In this document: piece after piece, positions 1 to 9,242 of the stretch
How positions within the stretch are numbered: position 1 is the stretch's first letter
Layout: the number at the start of each line of letters is the position of its first letter
NCBI GenBank assembly: GCA_964472505.1
Contig: CAYYQW010000003.1
Location: 4,249-68,248 of the forward strand
Direction of reading: 5' to 3'
DNA from: an uncultured Bacteroidaceae bacterium
GTDB lineage: Bacteria; Bacteroidota; Bacteroidia; Bacteroidales; JAADGE01
DNA length: 64,000 nucleotides
Made by a program: the position numbers and the translations under genes
The notes under the pieces: model-generated
The model's database searches: none
Seen by the model: the letters and a program-made list of their open reading frames with translations, nothing else
Told to the model about the DNA's origin: nothing

Positions 1-147
1 TATCAGCACACCCAAAATAACAGGAATGCTTATTATGAGCAGAAAGATTGCAATGTGCCAAAAAATAAAGAACAGCAGAATCAGTATCGACATAAATACA
101 ATAAGCGCCGTGAGTCTTTGGAATTTGTTCGGGAATCTTTGAGGCAT
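1..147 (-). CDS. membrane protein, N-terminal fragment; gene continues past the left edge of the window
   Basis: ATG at 145-147 (minus). Hand translation MPQRFPNKFQRLTALIVFMSILILLFFIFWHIAIFLLIISIPVILGVLI stays open to position 1 and is strongly hydrophobic. It lies 7 nt downstream of the preceding cluster gene on the same strand. Confidence 0.3.
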   Translation of the reverse strand, partial: MPQRFPNKFQRLTALIVFMSILILLFFIFWHIAIFLLIISIPVILGVLI

Positions 148-153
148 GGTTTT

Positions 154-1212
154 TTAGTTTTTAGAAACCAACATCAGGCTGTGGTTTATATTAAAGTAAT
201 GGTTATAAATCAGTATTTTTTCCAATTTCTTCGGTTCTTTCTCATTCAAACGGATAAACTTTGGCAAATTTTGGGTTTTCAATATGGCATTGGCCAACCA
301 AAGTGCAAAAGCCGAGGCCGTATGATATTCCCCACACAGATGTTTGAATCCGCCAAGGGCATTTTGCGAAAGAAGACTGTTTTGTAAATCTTTATAGACG
401 GCATCGCTTGGAAAATCACCGCTGTTTCCCGGCAAGACCAAGTCAATATCTTCTGATGTAAGGCCATTTTTTTTGAGAAAATTGTTGATTCGGTTTTTTA
501 TATAATCAATGCTTTGCGGTTTATAAAAAGTATCTGTATCCTTTATGCAAGATTGCGTAAGCTCTGATTTTTCTTTTGATAATACAAAATAATTGGTGCC
601 TTCGCCGCATAGTGCACCATTTGTTTTGGAATCAAAAATATCGCCGGAATTTATTGGTGCGTCTTTCCACCAACCGGCTTTTTGGGTAATGAAGAAATAT
701 TGTTCGGTCATTTCGTCGCTGCCGCCTGCCAGTATTTGGTTTTTCCCTTCGGCAATTTGCATTTCGGCGTCTTGCAAAGCATTTTCAAACGAGTGTCCGC
801 GGTTTACGTATGTAAAGTTGTATGCATGGCATGAAATTCGGGCAGCAATGTGAGCTGCCGGAGTGTTGTGCGTCGATTGGATAAAAGAAGTAGGTGTGAG
901 AAATTGCTCATCGTTGTCTAACATTTTCTCCAGAAAGTTCTGTGTATCGCCCACTACCCCAAGTCCGGAGCCGGTTATTATGGCTTCCGGGCTCTCGATT
1001 TGAGCTTGTTGCATAGCCAAACTTGCGGCTACAATGCTGTTTTTCACTGTTTTGCTCATTCTCCGAGCCTGCATGGGTGCTATAAAGTCTTTATAATTTG
1101 GCTTGTGTGATGTAAGCAGCTGCTCGCTGAATTTGCTATGCGCTTCGTTGAAATCCGTATGCGCTGTCCAAACTTGCGGGCTTATGCTTGCAGCTCCGTT
1201 AATATATATCAT
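154..1212 (-). CDS. beta-ketoacyl synthase-like protein lacking the nucleophilic Cys (chain-length-factor-like)
   Basis: 352-aa ORF with an ATG start. Thiolase/KS-like blocks are present (ITGSGLGVVGDT, ILAGGSDE), but the KS active-site position reads QSTHNTPAAH with no Cys. It sits in an operon with bona fide KS and ACP genes. Confidence 0.7.
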   Translation of the reverse strand: MIYINGAASISPQVWTAHTDFNEAHSKFSEQLLTSHKPNYKDFIAPMQARRMSKTVKNSIVAASLAMQQAQIESPEAIITGSGLGVVGDTQNFLEKMLDNDEQFLTPTSFIQSTHNTPAAHIAARISCHAYNFTYVNRGHSFENALQDAEMQIAEGKNQILAGGSDEMTEQYFFITQKAGWWKDAPINSGDIFDSKTNGALCGEGTNYFVLSKEKSELTQSCIKDTDTFYKPQSIDYIKNRINNFLKKNGLTSEDIDLVLPGNSGDFPSDAVYKDLQNSLLSQNALGGFKHLCGEYHTASAFALWLANAILKTQNLPKFIRLNEKEPKKLEKILIYNHYFNINHSLMLVSKN

Positions 1213-1215
1213 GTT

Positions 1216-1620
1216 CTAATCAATGTCAAGGTTCTTAAAATACGCTTTGTCTGTGCCGAGTATGTGTCCGGAAAGCCAATCACGCAGATAGAGCATGGTT
1301 TCGTAATGTACTTCTTTGCTTCCGCGTTTCATATCGGTAATTTTTTCTGTAATCAGGTTTTCAAATTTCCGGTGTATCTTTTGGTGTTCTCGGATATTCG
1401 GAAAATCATATTCTTTCATCAGAGTTTCTTCACACTTAAAGTGATATTTGCTGTACATTAGTAATTCATCCAGCGTTTCCGATATAAGTAAATCTGCCTT
1501 CCCTTTTTTGAAGGCTTCATACAGTTTGTTTATGATATCAAAAAGGCGCCGGTGATGTTGGTCTATTTCCGTAATTCCGACTGAATATTCATCCGTCCAT
1601 TCAAATATGTCATTTTTCAT
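1216..1620 (-). CDS. bacteriohemerythrin-like protein
   Basis: 134 aa. Hemerythrin signature spacing is present: FEWTDEYSVGITEIDQHHRRLFDIIN, then HFKCEE..EH..IH, then WLSGHILGTDK. It lies 3 nt from the downstream gene and 23 nt from the upstream KS genes. Confidence 0.8.
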   Translation of the reverse strand: MKNDIFEWTDEYSVGITEIDQHHRRLFDIINKLYEAFKKGKADLLISETLDELLMYSKYHFKCEETLMKEYDFPNIREHQKIHRKFENLITEKITDMKRGSKEVHYETMLYLRDWLSGHILGTDKAYFKNLDID

Positions 1621-1643
1621 GCTGCATTTTTTGTAAAAAGCGG

Positions 1644-2837
1644 TTAGTTAACTTTTGAAAATATTAAAGATGTACAATTTCCCCCAAAGCCAAATGAATT
1701 TGACAGTATATGTTTGATATTTACATTTTTCTTGAGTTCGTTTACGGGAATTAGGCCGGTTTCTTCAATAGGCGTTTCAAATCGCAGATTGGGAAACAGG
1801 CACGATTCGTGAATACTCAGCAGAGAATATACGGCTTCCAGAGCACCGGCAGCGGCCAGCGTATGGCCCGTATAAGCTTTTGTGCTGCTTAGCGGCGGTA
1901 TATCAGTTCCGAAAAGGTTTATGATTGCATGGCTTTCGGTAAGGTCATTATTATCGGTTCCGGTGCCATGCAGGTTAATGTATGAAATGTCTTTTGGGTG
2001 CAGCCCGGCCACTTTTAAAGCTTCCTGCATGGCCAAAAATGCACCTTTCCCCTCGGGCGATGATGCGGTTTGATGATGCGCATCGTTCGCATTGGCATAG
2101 CCGGTAAGCTCTGCTATTGGGCGGCTGCCGTGTTTTTTCATACTTGCTTCGGATTCCAGAATTAGATATGCGGCTCCTTCTCCCAAGTTTAGCCCTTCGC
2201 GGCTTTTATCCATGGGACGGCAAGCTTTTCGGTCTAAAATTTTTAAGGTATTAAAACCGTTAAGCGTAAATTTCGAGAGAGAATCCGTTCCGCCGGCTAC
2301 CGCACAATCCAGCTTGCCGTGCTTTATCATGCGCGCTGCCAACATGATGGCATTGGCCGATGAGGAACAAGCCGTGCTTATGGCTGTCATGAAATTCTCA
2401 ATACCGATAAATTCAGCAATTCGTTCCGTGCTGACGGCGGCTTCGTGTGTTTTTATGTAAGGATTTTTAAAATCACTGTCGCGGTATTTTTTGTAGTAAA
2501 TTTCACTTTTGCTCATACCGGCCACGGTAGTTGCCGATATAAGGCCGCTTTTGCAGTTTGAAAAATCGGATATGCCGGCATTTTCAGCCGCTTCTCGAGC
2601 GGCTGACATTCCCAACAAATCGGTGCGGGTATATGCACCTTCGGGCAACTTTAGTTGCTTTATCAGCTCATTGTCGCTCAGCTTAACTTCAGCCGCGGGA
2701 ATTTCATCTTTTAAAATGGTGTCAATTTGCGTAATTTTCCCAATTCCGTCTTTTTTATTCAGAAGGGACTCAAGATTTTCACTTGCGTTATTTCCTATTC
2801 CGCTGTTGATGCCAATTCCCGTAATAAAAATTCTCAT
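1644..2837 (-). CDS. beta-ketoacyl-ACP synthase (FabF/KAS II-like)
   Basis: 397 aa. Active-site Cys context is ISTACSSSANAI. His motifs are AHHQTASSPEG and INLHGTGT. The C-terminal motif is NSFGFGGNCTSLIF. Confidence 0.85.
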   Translation of the reverse strand: MRIFITGIGINSGIGNNASENLESLLNKKDGIGKITQIDTILKDEIPAAEVKLSDNELIKQLKLPEGAYTRTDLLGMSAAREAAENAGISDFSNCKSGLISATTVAGMSKSEIYYKKYRDSDFKNPYIKTHEAAVSTERIAEFIGIENFMTAISTACSSSANAIMLAARMIKHGKLDCAVAGGTDSLSKFTLNGFNTLKILDRKACRPMDKSREGLNLGEGAAYLILESEASMKKHGSRPIAELTGYANANDAHHQTASSPEGKGAFLAMQEALKVAGLHPKDISYINLHGTGTDNNDLTESHAIINLFGTDIPPLSSTKAYTGHTLAAAGALEAVYSLLSIHESCLFPNLRFETPIEETGLIPVNELKKNVNIKHILSNSFGFGGNCTSLIFSKVN

Positions 2838-2893
2838 GGATTTTGTTGTTGTCGGTTCCGTTTTTTTGTATGCCGAATGAATTTTAAAAAGGC

Positions 2894-3148
2894 TTAGTTT
2901 TTATGTTTTTCAATAAATTCAGCCATGGTGCGCACCGATTTAAAAATTTCTTTACCGTCTTTTGGGTTTTCAATTTTTATGTTGTATTCTTTTTCTAAAA
3001 GTACGATTAGCTCCAAGGCATCAATTGAATCCAGCCCCAGACCGTCGCCAAATAAGGGTTCATCGGTTTCAATTTCATCGGGTTCCATATCTTCCAGGTT
3101 AAGAGCTTCTATGATTTGTTTTTTGAGTGTTTCTGTTAATTGTTCCAT
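2894..3148 (-). CDS. acyl carrier protein
   Basis: 84 aa, acidic, with the phosphopantetheine attachment motif GLGLDSIDALELI. Confidence 0.85.
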   Translation of the reverse strand: MEQLTETLKKQIIEALNLEDMEPDEIETDEPLFGDGLGLDSIDALELIVLLEKEYNIKIENPKDGKEIFKSVRTMAEFIEKHKN

Positions 3149-3186
3149 TGCTTAAAGGTTGATTAATAAAAGGACAAATATATAAT

Positions 3187-4971
3187 TTATTGTAATGTTT
3201 CGCTTGTTTCGCACAGATATAATTCAACATATCGTTCCGAGTTTTGTGAGTCGTAGTTGATGCGTCCGGCTATTATGGCTTTGGCTTTGCCTGAGTTGAG
3301 GAGCAGTTTGCAGTAATTGAACAAAAATTCTTTATTAAATTTATCTTCAATAAAAACGGTATTTTCTCCTTTGAAACCGTTACGAATGGCAATTTCTCCG
3401 GCCATAATATTGGCTAATGTATAAACAAAAATCTTGGGACTCGGAAAATAATTTTCTCGGTCGTTAATGGTTTTTTGATATTCCGAATCGGTTTCCGAAG
3501 ATGCATTGCCGTTGGACAAAACAATGGCAATATCTTCCGGTTTGTATGGGCTTAAATCGGCATTTTTCAGCAAAAGCTCCGAGCCGAGAAAAGCTAACTT
3601 GCAAAGTTTATCCATTTTGTAAAACTTTGGATATTTGCAATTTAGTTCTTTATAGAGCGATTTGGAGAACTGCTTAAAACCAAGTTCGATATCTTCAGTG
3701 TTTTCGCTGCTGTCAAAAAAATCAAAAGCCTCATTTTTACTGTTTATTACGCTTACCTGAAAATTATCAATAATGGTCGATTGGCTGACAGTAAGCGGTT
3801 TGTTTGTCGGTTTTTCTTTTTCTTGAAAACTTTTTGATAAAACCAATGCTGCATTACTGCCGCCAAAACCGGATGCGGTTTTAAGCGCATGCATGAGTTT
3901 TGCTTTTTGGACTTTTTGAATAATCTTAACTTGTTTTGAAGTCCCTGTATTTTCAAAACCATAGGAAGGCAACAGGTAGTTTTGCTTCATGCTTTCAGCG
4001 GCCAATATGCTTTCGGCAATACCGGATGCGCCAAAGGTATGACCTATGTTCCCTTTAAAGCTGTTAAGCGGTACATGGCTCAGCCCGGCAATATATAGAG
4101 CTTTGGCTTCCATTTCATCGTTGTAGGGGGTTGCCGTTCCGTGAGCTGAGATATAATCAATTTCGTCAGCATTTATACCGGATTCGGAAATAGCCTGTTT
4201 AACGGTCCAAGCCAATTCTTCGCCCGTGCGCGACGGCCCGGAAATATGATTGGCATCATTGCTTGAAGCGCCGCCCGACAATTGTATTTTTTCTCCTTTA
4301 ATTTTTTCGGAATCGGAAGTCAGAATTAGTGTGGCGGCTCCTTCGCCGGGAGTCATGCCTTGCCGGTCCTTGTCAAAAGGTTTGCAGGCTTCCGGGCTTA
4401 CGGCTTTAAAAGCCTGAAAACCGGATAAAGTAAACTCCGACAGAATATCGGCTCCGGCTACTACGGCTTGTTTGTATTTCCCGGCATTTATTAATCGTTG
4501 GGCAATTATCAGAGCCAGGCTTCCCGATGTGCAGGCATTTGAAACGGTCAGCTTTTTGCCCGTATGTTTGAAAAAATCGGCTACCAAGTCGGTGGATTTC
4601 CAAAGTTGTACTCTGTCATTTTCGTATTGGGCGGCATATTGCTTTTCACGTAAATTTACATTGCCTTTGGTGGTTGAAATTATGAGTAGTGTTTCGGGTT
4701 CTTCTATATTAATACGGCTGTTTTTCAGGGCATCCGAAATTGAACAAATCAGCAGTTTTTCGTATCTTGTGTAGTTTTCCGGTTTGCTGCAGATTGCTGA
4801 AAAACAGTTCTCTAATTTCTCGGAATCGACCAATGAAACAGCCGAACGCTCGGGAGATAATGCCGGGCTTGATTGTCGAATACCGGTTTTTCCGGCTTTA
4901 ATAGTTTCAAAATTCTCTTGGGTTGTAAAGCCCAAAGATGAAATGATATTATGTGATTCAAGAAATGTCAT
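3187..4971 (-). CDS. beta-ketoacyl synthase fused to a C-terminal Cys-less KS-like half domain
   Basis: 594 aa. The N-terminal ~380 aa carry SNACTSGSLALIIA (Cys), SAHGTATPYND and GNIGHTFGASG. The C-terminal ~200 aa resemble a degenerate thiolase half (FVYTLANIMAGEIAIRNGFKG) without a Cys. Confidence 0.75.
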   Translation of the reverse strand: MTFLESHNIISSLGFTTQENFETIKAGKTGIRQSSPALSPERSAVSLVDSEKLENCFSAICSKPENYTRYEKLLICSISDALKNSRINIEEPETLLIISTTKGNVNLREKQYAAQYENDRVQLWKSTDLVADFFKHTGKKLTVSNACTSGSLALIIAQRLINAGKYKQAVVAGADILSEFTLSGFQAFKAVSPEACKPFDKDRQGMTPGEGAATLILTSDSEKIKGEKIQLSGGASSNDANHISGPSRTGEELAWTVKQAISESGINADEIDYISAHGTATPYNDEMEAKALYIAGLSHVPLNSFKGNIGHTFGASGIAESILAAESMKQNYLLPSYGFENTGTSKQVKIIQKVQKAKLMHALKTASGFGGSNAALVLSKSFQEKEKPTNKPLTVSQSTIIDNFQVSVINSKNEAFDFFDSSENTEDIELGFKQFSKSLYKELNCKYPKFYKMDKLCKLAFLGSELLLKNADLSPYKPEDIAIVLSNGNASSETDSEYQKTINDRENYFPSPKIFVYTLANIMAGEIAIRNGFKGENTVFIEDKFNKEFLFNYCKLLLNSGKAKAIIAGRINYDSQNSERYVELYLCETSETLQ

Positions 4972-4991
4972 GTCCGATTATTCTGTTTTTC

Positions 4992-5435
4992 TTATCTGAT
5001 GTATTTACGTTTCCACTGTTCAAAAAACTCAGGGCTTATAAGTTCCAATTCGTATGTCTTATTTAGAAAGACTTGTATGCTTTGGCCGATTGCAATTATT
5101 TTATTGTCGGATTTTCGGCGCAGTTCGTACTCAAACACAATTTTAGCCGCCGGATTATCTTTAAATGTAGTTGTCAGTATGGCTTCCTCTTCGTACTTTA
5201 ATTGGTTTTTGTAATCCATATTTAGTTTAACCAAAGGAATCATGTAGCCGTGCCTGTGTACATCCATGTAGCCGATGCCGTATGTTTTGCCGAAGTTTTC
5301 ACGCCCGTCTTCAAAGTATTTGGCGTAGTTACCGTGCCACACAATGCCCATGGAATCCACTTCGCTAAATCGTACTTTAATTTCTGTTTGAGCTGATAAT
5401 TGTTTCTCTGCCGGGACTTTTTTTCTGTTTTTCAT
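4992..5435 (-). CDS. hotdog-fold acyl-CoA/acyl-ACP thioesterase (4HBT/YbgC-like)
   Basis: 147 aa. RFSEVDSMGIVWHGNYAKYFEDGRENF is typical of the 4HBT family. Confidence 0.7.
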   Translation of the reverse strand: MKNRKKVPAEKQLSAQTEIKVRFSEVDSMGIVWHGNYAKYFEDGRENFGKTYGIGYMDVHRHGYMIPLVKLNMDYKNQLKYEEEAILTTTFKDNPAAKIVFEYELRRKSDNKIIAIGQSIQVFLNKTYELELISPEFFEQWKRKYIR

Positions 5436-5448
5436 AAAAATTAAAATC

Positions 5449-6552
5449 TTATTTCATGCAGCTGATTACCGTGTGGCTGACGCCTACATTTTCATAAATT
5501 TTGTCGGTTCGCAAGCCGGCTTGTTTAATTAAACGAAGCATGTCATCGGAATGGTACATTCGGCTGTTTCCGTTAGCCACGCATGTAAAATACAGCGATG
5601 TAGCGTGCAGGCTATAGGTGGAGGCTTCAAAGCGTTGTTTGTCCCAAAGGGTTTCCATAATGAATAAGCGCGAGTTTTCGTGCATGGCTGCTTTGGCGTT
5701 GCTTATCAGCTGCACGACTTGCTCTTCGGAAAAACAATCTAAAAACTGACTCATCCAAATAATGTCGTGTCCTTTTGGATAGGGTTTTGAAAAATCCAGT
5801 AAGTTTATGGGATGCAGATTGATGCGGTTTTCAAATCCTTTATTTTTGATGTTCTTTGCGGCGTCGTTAAGTTGGCCGGGCAAGTCCAAAATGCTTATGT
5901 GAACATCCGGATTATGTTGGGCGCATTTTATGGCAAACTTTCCGGTATTTCCGCCCACATCCATAATGTTTTTGGGCTTGTGTTCAAAAATTATCGGTAA
6001 TACACTTTCAAAAGAATCATCGGAATAATAATGGTCGAATTTAAACCAGCTTTCGCGAAATTTTTCGGGCATTTCCGATAAAGCTTCATAAACCGTGGGT
6101 TTATCGGACAGTTCGCGATGAAGTCCGGCCGGTTTCCCTGTTTTAACGGCTTCCTGCAAATGAAAAAAAGCTTTGTAGTTTACGTCTTGCGTAAAATCCA
6201 TATTGGCATTGGTGAGCTCATCGGTCAGAATAAAAAAACCGGTTTTTGTCAGGGAATACTTATCGTTTTCGGCCATTAGCATTTCTAAGCTGAGGCCGGC
6301 TTCAAGCAGCACCAAAGTGCCGTATTCCGAAAGATTTACGGCTTGAGCAATTTCCGATAAGCTTTGCGGTTTTCGCATGTCGCGCAGATGAGCGAGTATG
6401 CCTAAGTCGCGCAAAGCTTTGGCTGCCTGAAACATTATGGGTGCAAAAGCAATTTTTTGGGCATCGCTTTTGGCTTGAAGGGCTGATTTTTTATCGTTTC
6501 CGTAATTTCGCATGCTGTTATGATTAAAATCTGTTTTATGATTTTTTTTCAA
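5449..6552 (-). CDS. class I SAM-dependent (O-)methyltransferase, COMT-like
   Basis: 367 aa. It has an N-terminal winged-helix/dimerisation-like region and a SAM motif IMDVGGNTGKFAIKCA. The ORF-track start at 6552 is a TTG. An ATG alternative at about 6513 (MRNYGND...) is equally plausible. Confidence 0.7.
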   Translation of the reverse strand: MKKNHKTDFNHNSMRNYGNDKKSALQAKSDAQKIAFAPIMFQAAKALRDLGILAHLRDMRKPQSLSEIAQAVNLSEYGTLVLLEAGLSLEMLMAENDKYSLTKTGFFILTDELTNANMDFTQDVNYKAFFHLQEAVKTGKPAGLHRELSDKPTVYEALSEMPEKFRESWFKFDHYYSDDSFESVLPIIFEHKPKNIMDVGGNTGKFAIKCAQHNPDVHISILDLPGQLNDAAKNIKNKGFENRINLHPINLLDFSKPYPKGHDIIWMSQFLDCFSEEQVVQLISNAKAAMHENSRLFIMETLWDKQRFEASTYSLHATSLYFTCVANGNSRMYHSDDMLRLIKQAGLRTDKIYENVGVSHTVISCMK

Positions 6553-6637
6553 AAATAGAAACTTTAAATTGAAAATAGCGGAAAAAGGCTGCCTTGATAA
6601 AAATTCGTGTATTCGTATTTATGTGCTTGGATATTAA

Positions 6638-6754
6638 CAGCTTAACGCTTCAGGGAATTGTTTGTCAGACCAAAAGGAGATTTTGGAACACTTTTTCGAT
6701 GATTGGAAAGGTGCCAATGAACAGGTCGATGATGTTTTGCTCATTGGCATTTGA
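6638..6754 (+). pseudogene. C-terminal remnant of a SpoIIE/PP2C-family phosphatase
   Basis: Hand translation is QLNASGNCLSDQKEILEHFFDDWKGANEQVDDVLLIGI*. It aligns with the C-terminus of the intact PAS-PP2C gene at 46503..47777 (QKSILEKIFTRWKGDNEQTDDVVIVGIKV). There is no start codon and an in-frame stop sits at 6635-6637. Confidence 0.6.
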
Positions 6755-6769
6755 GCACTGTACTGTGTA

Positions 6770-7171
6770 CTAATTTAAAAGCCAATCAACAGCTTCGTTT
6801 CGGTTGTTAAATAATTTTGTTTGAAGCCTTTGAGCATGCGCTTCATCCATGGTTTGTTCCACGGAAAGCTCGGCAGTCAAATCATCTTGTACAAGAAATG
6901 CCTCTTTGCTAATGCCCATTTCCACTTCCGCTTTATTTATATTATCATCAATCCACGCTTGTAGTTCGGGGCCAATTGTAATATTGAAATTTTCTAAGTT
7001 CCACAGGGCTTTTTCAGCTTTGTGCTTGGCTGCTATTTCCAGAAATTTTTTTAAATCTGCTTTGAAAAGTTCAATTTCATCAAAATCATGACTTAATGCT
7101 ATTTCACAAACTTTCTTTTCTTGGTCAAAAGAAATTAGGATTTTATCGGTTTGAAAAATTGGTTGAAACAT
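6770..7171 (-). CDS. hypothetical protein, possibly STAS/SpoIIAA-like
   Basis: 133 aa with an ATG start. The size, the alternating pattern and the C-terminal FNNRNEAVDWLLN resemble SpoIIAA-like domain proteins. No catalytic motif is visible. Confidence 0.35.
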   Translation of the reverse strand: MFQPIFQTDKILISFDQEKKVCEIALSHDFDEIELFKADLKKFLEIAAKHKAEKALWNLENFNITIGPELQAWIDDNINKAEVEMGISKEAFLVQDDLTAELSVEQTMDEAHAQRLQTKLFNNRNEAVDWLLN

Positions 7172-7372
7172 AATTCTATATTTTTAGTTTAGTATGTTAA
7201 TATACATTATTTTTTCAAAATACAAACAACAAACTGTGTTTTTTTGTTTGGTTTCAGAAAATGATTTCTGTTAAGATTGGAAATTAAGCGGTTACAGATT
7301 TTAATTTAAAAAACTTTTACCACGCTCCTGAATAATACGAATAAAGTTTTCTACAGAGCGGTCGTAGCCGGC

Positions 7373-7513
7373 TTACGTATCATCCGGGAAATAACATGCA
7401 GGCAGTTCGCCTCGGCTTCGGTGGCTTGCTATACAATCGCAACAGATTCCTTTTTTCCCGCAAGGGTATGAACAATTACAAAAATTCAAATTTCGCTCTT
7501 TTTTGCACTCCAT
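7373..7513 (-). CDS. small Cys-rich protein (DUF6485-like), missed by the >=60-aa ORF track
   Basis: Hand translation is [46 protein letters not shown] (46 aa, 8 Cys). The CNC-x4-C ... CC-x-C ... H ... PxC pattern matches a conserved small cytoplasmic protein family as I recall it. It lies 17 nt downstream of dnaX on the same strand. Confidence 0.55.
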   Translation of the reverse strand: MECKKERNLNFCNCSYPCGKKGICCDCIASHRSRGELPACYFPDDT

Positions 7514-7530
7514 CTGTTTTGTTTTTATTG

Positions 7531-9162
7531 TTATTGGTCTAAATCCAGCTCGTCTTTCAGGCGGTTAAGGTTTTCGTTTTTTTTTGCCAGAAATTCATAT
7601 TTGTCTTTTTGGGTATAAGGCCGGTCATCACTGTTCTCTTTGTCAATGTTTATTTGCATTTCTAAGTCACTGATATCCAGTTCTGACCTTAGGAAAGTGA
7701 TGATTTTCCCTTTCAGGCTTTCCAATTTTTCTTTTTGGAGCTTATGACTCACCGTCATAATGATACGCTTATTCTCAAATGCGGGAACATTGGCCGAGAG
7801 TATGGCTTTTAGCCTGGGAGCGTTTTCAAATTTAGAAGCTAAATTTATCCATGCTTTTTCAAAATTTACCGGAGGCTTTTGTGTGCCGGCTGTCTTTTTT
7901 ACGGGTTCTTTAACGATTGGGTCCAACTTGATTCCCGATGTTTTATTTGAAGTTTTTTTCTCCGGTTTCTTTTTTTCTTTCGGATTTGTATTGCTTTGTT
8001 TGCTTTCCGGGGGCTTTGCCTTCTTTTCGCTTGCTGTATTTGCCGGTGTCGCAACAGGTCGGCTCATCTCTTCAGTAAGCTTCACGAGTTCAAGCAAACA
8101 TATTTCCGTAAGCAGGCGTTTGTTTTGCGCGCCGCGGTAGTTAATATCGGCTTTATTACTAATTTTTAAAGCTTCAAACAAAAAGCGCGGAGAGCACTTT
8201 TGGGCTTGCTCCAGATAGCGAGTTTTTATGGCTTCTCCGGCTTCAAAAAGCTCTATGGTTTTGGGGTCTTTCACCACTAAAAGGTCGCGCAAATGTGAAC
8301 TTAATCCGCTGATAAAGTGATGACTGTCAAATCCTTTGTTTAGTATGGTGTTGAATATTAGCAGGCTTTCTTGGGCATCATTTTCCAGAAATGCATCTAC
8401 CAGTTTGAAATAATATTCAAAATCCAATACATTTAGGTTATCAATGGCGTTTTGGTAGGTGATTTTTTCCCCGGAAAAGCTCACAATTTGATCAAAGAAT
8501 GAGAGCGCATCCCGCATGGCACCGTCGGCTTTTACCGCAATGGCATTAAGCGCTTCGGGCTCGGTTTCTATGCCTTCTTCTTTGGCCACATAGGCCAGAT
8601 GTTGGGCGGCATCGTCCACGCTTATGCGGTTAAAATCAAATATTTGGCAGCGCGATAATATGGTCGGAAGTATTTTGTGTTTTTCGGTGGTTGCCAATAC
8701 AAAAACGGCATGCGCCGGCGGTTCTTCCAGTGTTTTTAAAAAAGCATTAAAAGCCGAAGAAGACAGCATGTGAACCTCATCAATGATATAGATGCTGTGG
8801 CTTCCGATTTGCGGCGGAATTCTGACTTGCTCAATCAGGTTACGTATATCTTCCACCGAATTGTTTGATGCTGCATCCAATTCGTGAATATTGTATGACC
8901 GACTTTCGTTAAAAGCCACACAGGATTCACAAGTGTTGCAGGCTTCATTATCTTCGGTCGGGTTTTGGCAATTTATGGTTTTTGCGAAAATTCGTGCACA
9001 GGTTGTTTTTCCAACCCCGCGCGGTCCGCAAAATAAATATGCATGCGCCAAATGGTTCTCTGCAATAGAGTTTTTAAGTGTAGTGGTTATGGATTGTTGC
9101 CCCACCACCGACCGGAAATTTTCCGGACGATATTTTCGTGCCGATACAATAAAGTTGCTCAT
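7531..9162 (-). CDS. dnaX: DNA polymerase III subunit gamma/tau
   Basis: Motifs: [22 protein letters not shown], Walker [10 protein letters not shown], Zn module [16 protein letters not shown]. The ORF track extends to 9216, but the family-typical N-terminus starts at the Met at 9162. Confidence 0.9.
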   Translation of the reverse strand: MSNFIVSARKYRPENFRSVVGQQSITTTLKNSIAENHLAHAYLFCGPRGVGKTTCARIFAKTINCQNPTEDNEACNTCESCVAFNESRSYNIHELDAASNNSVEDIRNLIEQVRIPPQIGSHSIYIIDEVHMLSSSAFNAFLKTLEEPPAHAVFVLATTEKHKILPTILSRCQIFDFNRISVDDAAQHLAYVAKEEGIETEPEALNAIAVKADGAMRDALSFFDQIVSFSGEKITYQNAIDNLNVLDFEYYFKLVDAFLENDAQESLLIFNTILNKGFDSHHFISGLSSHLRDLLVVKDPKTIELFEAGEAIKTRYLEQAQKCSPRFLFEALKISNKADINYRGAQNKRLLTEICLLELVKLTEEMSRPVATPANTASEKKAKPPESKQSNTNPKEKKKPEKKTSNKTSGIKLDPIVKEPVKKTAGTQKPPVNFEKAWINLASKFENAPRLKAILSANVPAFENKRIIMTVSHKLQKEKLESLKGKIITFLRSELDISDLEMQINIDKENSDDRPYTQKDKYEFLAKKNENLNRLKDELDLDQ

Positions 9163-9242
9163 AATTTTCCGCGCTGTTTTGAGCAACAAAGTTAATTCAA
9201 AAACCGGCAAAATCAAAAAGGATTAACCGGACGATTTATCGT

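Noticed and set aside
55-387. A 110-aa plus-strand ORF lies at the left edge.
   Set aside because: It overlaps the 3' end of the CLF-like gene and the start of the downstream membrane protein gene on the opposite strand. It has no recognisable motifs.
7531-9216. The ORF track gives N-terminal extensions for dnaX, lpdA, holA, the ABC ATPase, the MBL hydrolase and the OB-fold protein.
   Set aside because: The extensions start at TTG or at upstream ATG codons and add residues absent from the family-typical N-termini. I preferred the internal Met starts, but these remain unverified.
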